From positions 11,372 to 51,371 of the forward strand of contig JAZOTD010000036.1 in NCBI GenBank assembly GCA_045657465.1: a DNA stretch of 40,000 nt. Direction: 5' to 3'. Origin of the DNA: Clostridia bacterium. GTDB lineage: Bacteria > Bacillota > Clostridia > Christensenellales > UBA1242. Below are positions 38,175 to 40,000 of this stretch, piece after piece; the stretch's first letter is position 1, and each line of letters opens with the position of its first letter. The notes beneath the pieces are model-generated. The model had not been told where the DNA came from. It did no database searches and saw only the letters and a list, made by a program, of their open reading frames with translations. A program made the translations under genes and the position numbers.

Positions 38175-39763
38175 TGGCAAAACAAATCCAAACTGGCGAC
38201 ATTGCAAGAAATCTACTTAAAAATGGCATAAAAGCCGTTGCTGATGCCGTGAAAATCACACTTGGACCTAAAGGAAAAAATGTGGTTTTAGACAGAAAAT
38301 ACACAACTCCCCTAATCACTAATGACGGAGTTTCAATCGCTAAAGAAATTGAACTATTAAACCCTTTTGAAAATATGGGTGCAAACCTCATTAAAGAAGC
38401 ATCGATAAAAACTAATGATGACGCAGGCGATGGCACAACCACCGCATGCGTTTTAGCAGAATCAATGGTTAATGAAGGTCTTAAAAATATTTCTAGTGGC
38501 GCCAACCCTATTATTTTACGCAAAGGCATTGAAAAAGCCATAAAAGTGGCTACAGATCATTTAAAACAAATCTCAAAACCAGTTTCAAGTGACAAAGAAA
38601 TTTCACAAGTTGCAAGCATATCTGCTGGCAGTGATGAAATTGGCGAACTCATTTCAAACGCCTTTGCAAAAATAGGAAAAGACGGCGTCATAACAATTGA
38701 AGAATCAAAATCTTCACAAACCAACCTAAAAATAACCCAAGGTCTTGAATTTGACCGAGGTTACATCTCGCCTTATATGGCAAATCCAAACCAAAATATT
38801 GTGTGTTTAGAACACCCTTATATCTTGGTCACTGACAAAAAACTTACAAATATAAATGAAATCCTCCCAATTTTAGAGCAAATTATGCAAACTTCCAGAC
38901 CTTTATTAATCATTGCTGACGATGTTGATGGCGAAGTGCTTTCAACACTCGTTTTAAACAATGTTAGGGGCAGTTTCATTTCTGTTGCAGTCAAATGTCC
39001 TTCATTTGGAGACAAACAAAAAGCATACTTGCAAGACATTGCCCTGCTCACATCAGCATCGCTTGTTTCAAAAGAACTTTCAACTGACTTCAAATCATTA
39101 ACATTAGATGATTTAGGCGAAGCATCGCTTGTCAAAGTTTCAAAAGACAAAACAACCATCATAAACGGCAAAGCAAACACAGTCATGGTTGAAGAAAAAA
39201 TCAATCATATCAAATCGCTGCTTAATGAAAACCTTGATGACTATGAAAAAATTAATTTTGAAGACCAACTCGCCAGACTTTCTGGTGGCGTGGCAGTCAT
39301 TGAAGTTGGAGCCGCAAGTGAAATCGAAATGCGTGAGAAAAAACTCCGCATCGAAGACGCCCTTTCAGCAACAAAATCTGCATGCAAAGAAGGCATCATA
39401 ATCGGTGGTGGTTGCGCTTTAGTATCATGCATTCCTTCAGTAAAATCTTTTATCAGCACACTTTCAGGAGACGAAAAAACAGGTGCAGAAATCGTTTTGC
39501 ACGCGCTTGAATCTCCAATTAGACAAATTGCAAAAAATGCAGGCGTCGACGACGGCGTAGTATTAAACAATGTTATGCAGTCAATCAAATCAAATATTGG
39601 TTACAACGCACTTACTGACACATATGAAAATATGTTTGATGGCGGAATAATTGACCCAACAAAAGTCACCCGCTGTGCTCTTGAAAACGCTGGAAGCGTT
39701 TCTGCATCAATACTCACAACTGAAGTTTTGGTCGCAGACATAGAACCACAAAAAGCTCAATAA
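38174..39763 (+). CDS. groL: Chaperonin GroEL
   Basis: AVADAVKITLGPKGKNVVLDRKY, DDAGDGTTTACVLAESM, C-terminal IIDPTKVTRCALENAGSVSASILTTEVLVAD. Confidence 0.98.
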   Translation: MAKQIQTGDIARNLLKNGIKAVADAVKITLGPKGKNVVLDRKYTTPLITNDGVSIAKEIELLNPFENMGANLIKEASIKTNDDAGDGTTTACVLAESMVNEGLKNISSGANPIILRKGIEKAIKVATDHLKQISKPVSSDKEISQVASISAGSDEIGELISNAFAKIGKDGVITIEESKSSQTNLKITQGLEFDRGYISPYMANPNQNIVCLEHPYILVTDKKLTNINEILPILEQIMQTSRPLLIIADDVDGEVLSTLVLNNVRGSFISVAVKCPSFGDKQKAYLQDIALLTSASLVSKELSTDFKSLTLDDLGEASLVKVSKDKTTIINGKANTVMVEEKINHIKSLLNENLDDYEKINFEDQLARLSGGVAVIEVGAASEIEMREKKLRIEDALSATKSACKEGIIIGGGCALVSCIPSVKSFISTLSGDEKTGAEIVLHALESPIRQIAKNAGVDDGVVLNNVMQSIKSNIGYNALTDTYENMFDGGIIDPTKVTRCALENAGSVSASILTTEVLVADIEPQKAQ

Positions 39764-39772
39764 TTTTCTCCT

Positions 39773-39805
39773 AAAAAAACACCCCACTCAAGGGGTGTTT
39801 TTATT
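39773..39805. terminator. Bidirectional rho-independent terminator after groEL
   Basis: AAAAAAACACCCCactcaAGGGGTGTTTTT. Confidence 0.85.
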
Positions 39806-39989
39806 TGTTATTATCTTTAACAATGTTTTGAATTGACAAAAATCTTTTTTCAAATGTTGGTTTCTTGTTAACCTGGTCAATTGTTCTGTTAATCACAACA
39901 GTTCGTGGTTTCATAACCGGCGTTCTAATAAAACCAGACTCCAATAGCTCAACTTTTGATTGTTTTTGAGCGTCTTCAATCTCTTTCAT
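39801..39989 (-). CDS. Hypothetical protein, probably the C-terminal part of an ORF continuing past the window edge
   Basis: Reading frame stays open upstream of ATG 39989 to the end of the window (…DSKMKEIEDAQ…). Confidence 0.4.
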   Translation of the reverse strand: MKEIEDAQKQSKVELLESGFIRTPVMKPRTVVINRTIDQVNKKPTFEKRFLSIQNIVKDNNK

Positions 39990-40000
39990 CTTTGAGTCTT

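Noticed and set aside
1-40000. CRISPR arrays, toxin-antitoxin pairs, restriction or other defence islands, phage or integrase genes, tRNA/rRNA genes
   Set aside because: None of the required repeats or signature motifs were seen on either strand by reading; the window looks like core chromosome with one large surface-protein gene.

Overview
Low-GC Firmicutes/Clostridia-like chromosomal window. Main content: divergent minD and minE-like genes beside an M50 (SpoIVFB-like) protease; an MreB-like actin; an Rnf-like membrane redox operon (rnfC-D-E-A-B, no rnfG); a pair of half-size TauE/SafE genes; a 2017-aa exported, membrane-anchored repeat protein; a SpoVB/MATE-type flippase; DUF421/DUF4363; uvrA-uvrB; a Nudix hydrolase; a MacB-type ABC exporter with a divergent TetR regulator; a T-box leader plus glycyl-tRNA synthetase; rpiB, sepF and groES-groEL. 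I saw no CRISPR array, rRNA, tRNA, transposase, phage or recognisable defence island. The best candidate for something undescribed is the Rnf-like operon. Its ORFs are intact and its 4Fe-4S ferredoxin cysteines are kept. However, rnfG is absent, RnfC lacks the Gly-rich FMN/NADH site, RnfA has lost both and RnfE one of the [2Fe-2S] cysteines, and RnfD lacks the canonical flavinylation motif. Secondary observations are nucleotide-site substitutions in MinD, MreB-like and Ppx/GppA-like proteins, the giant repeat-rich surface protein, and several structured intergenic elements. All homology calls were made by eye from motifs and need database and structural confirmation.
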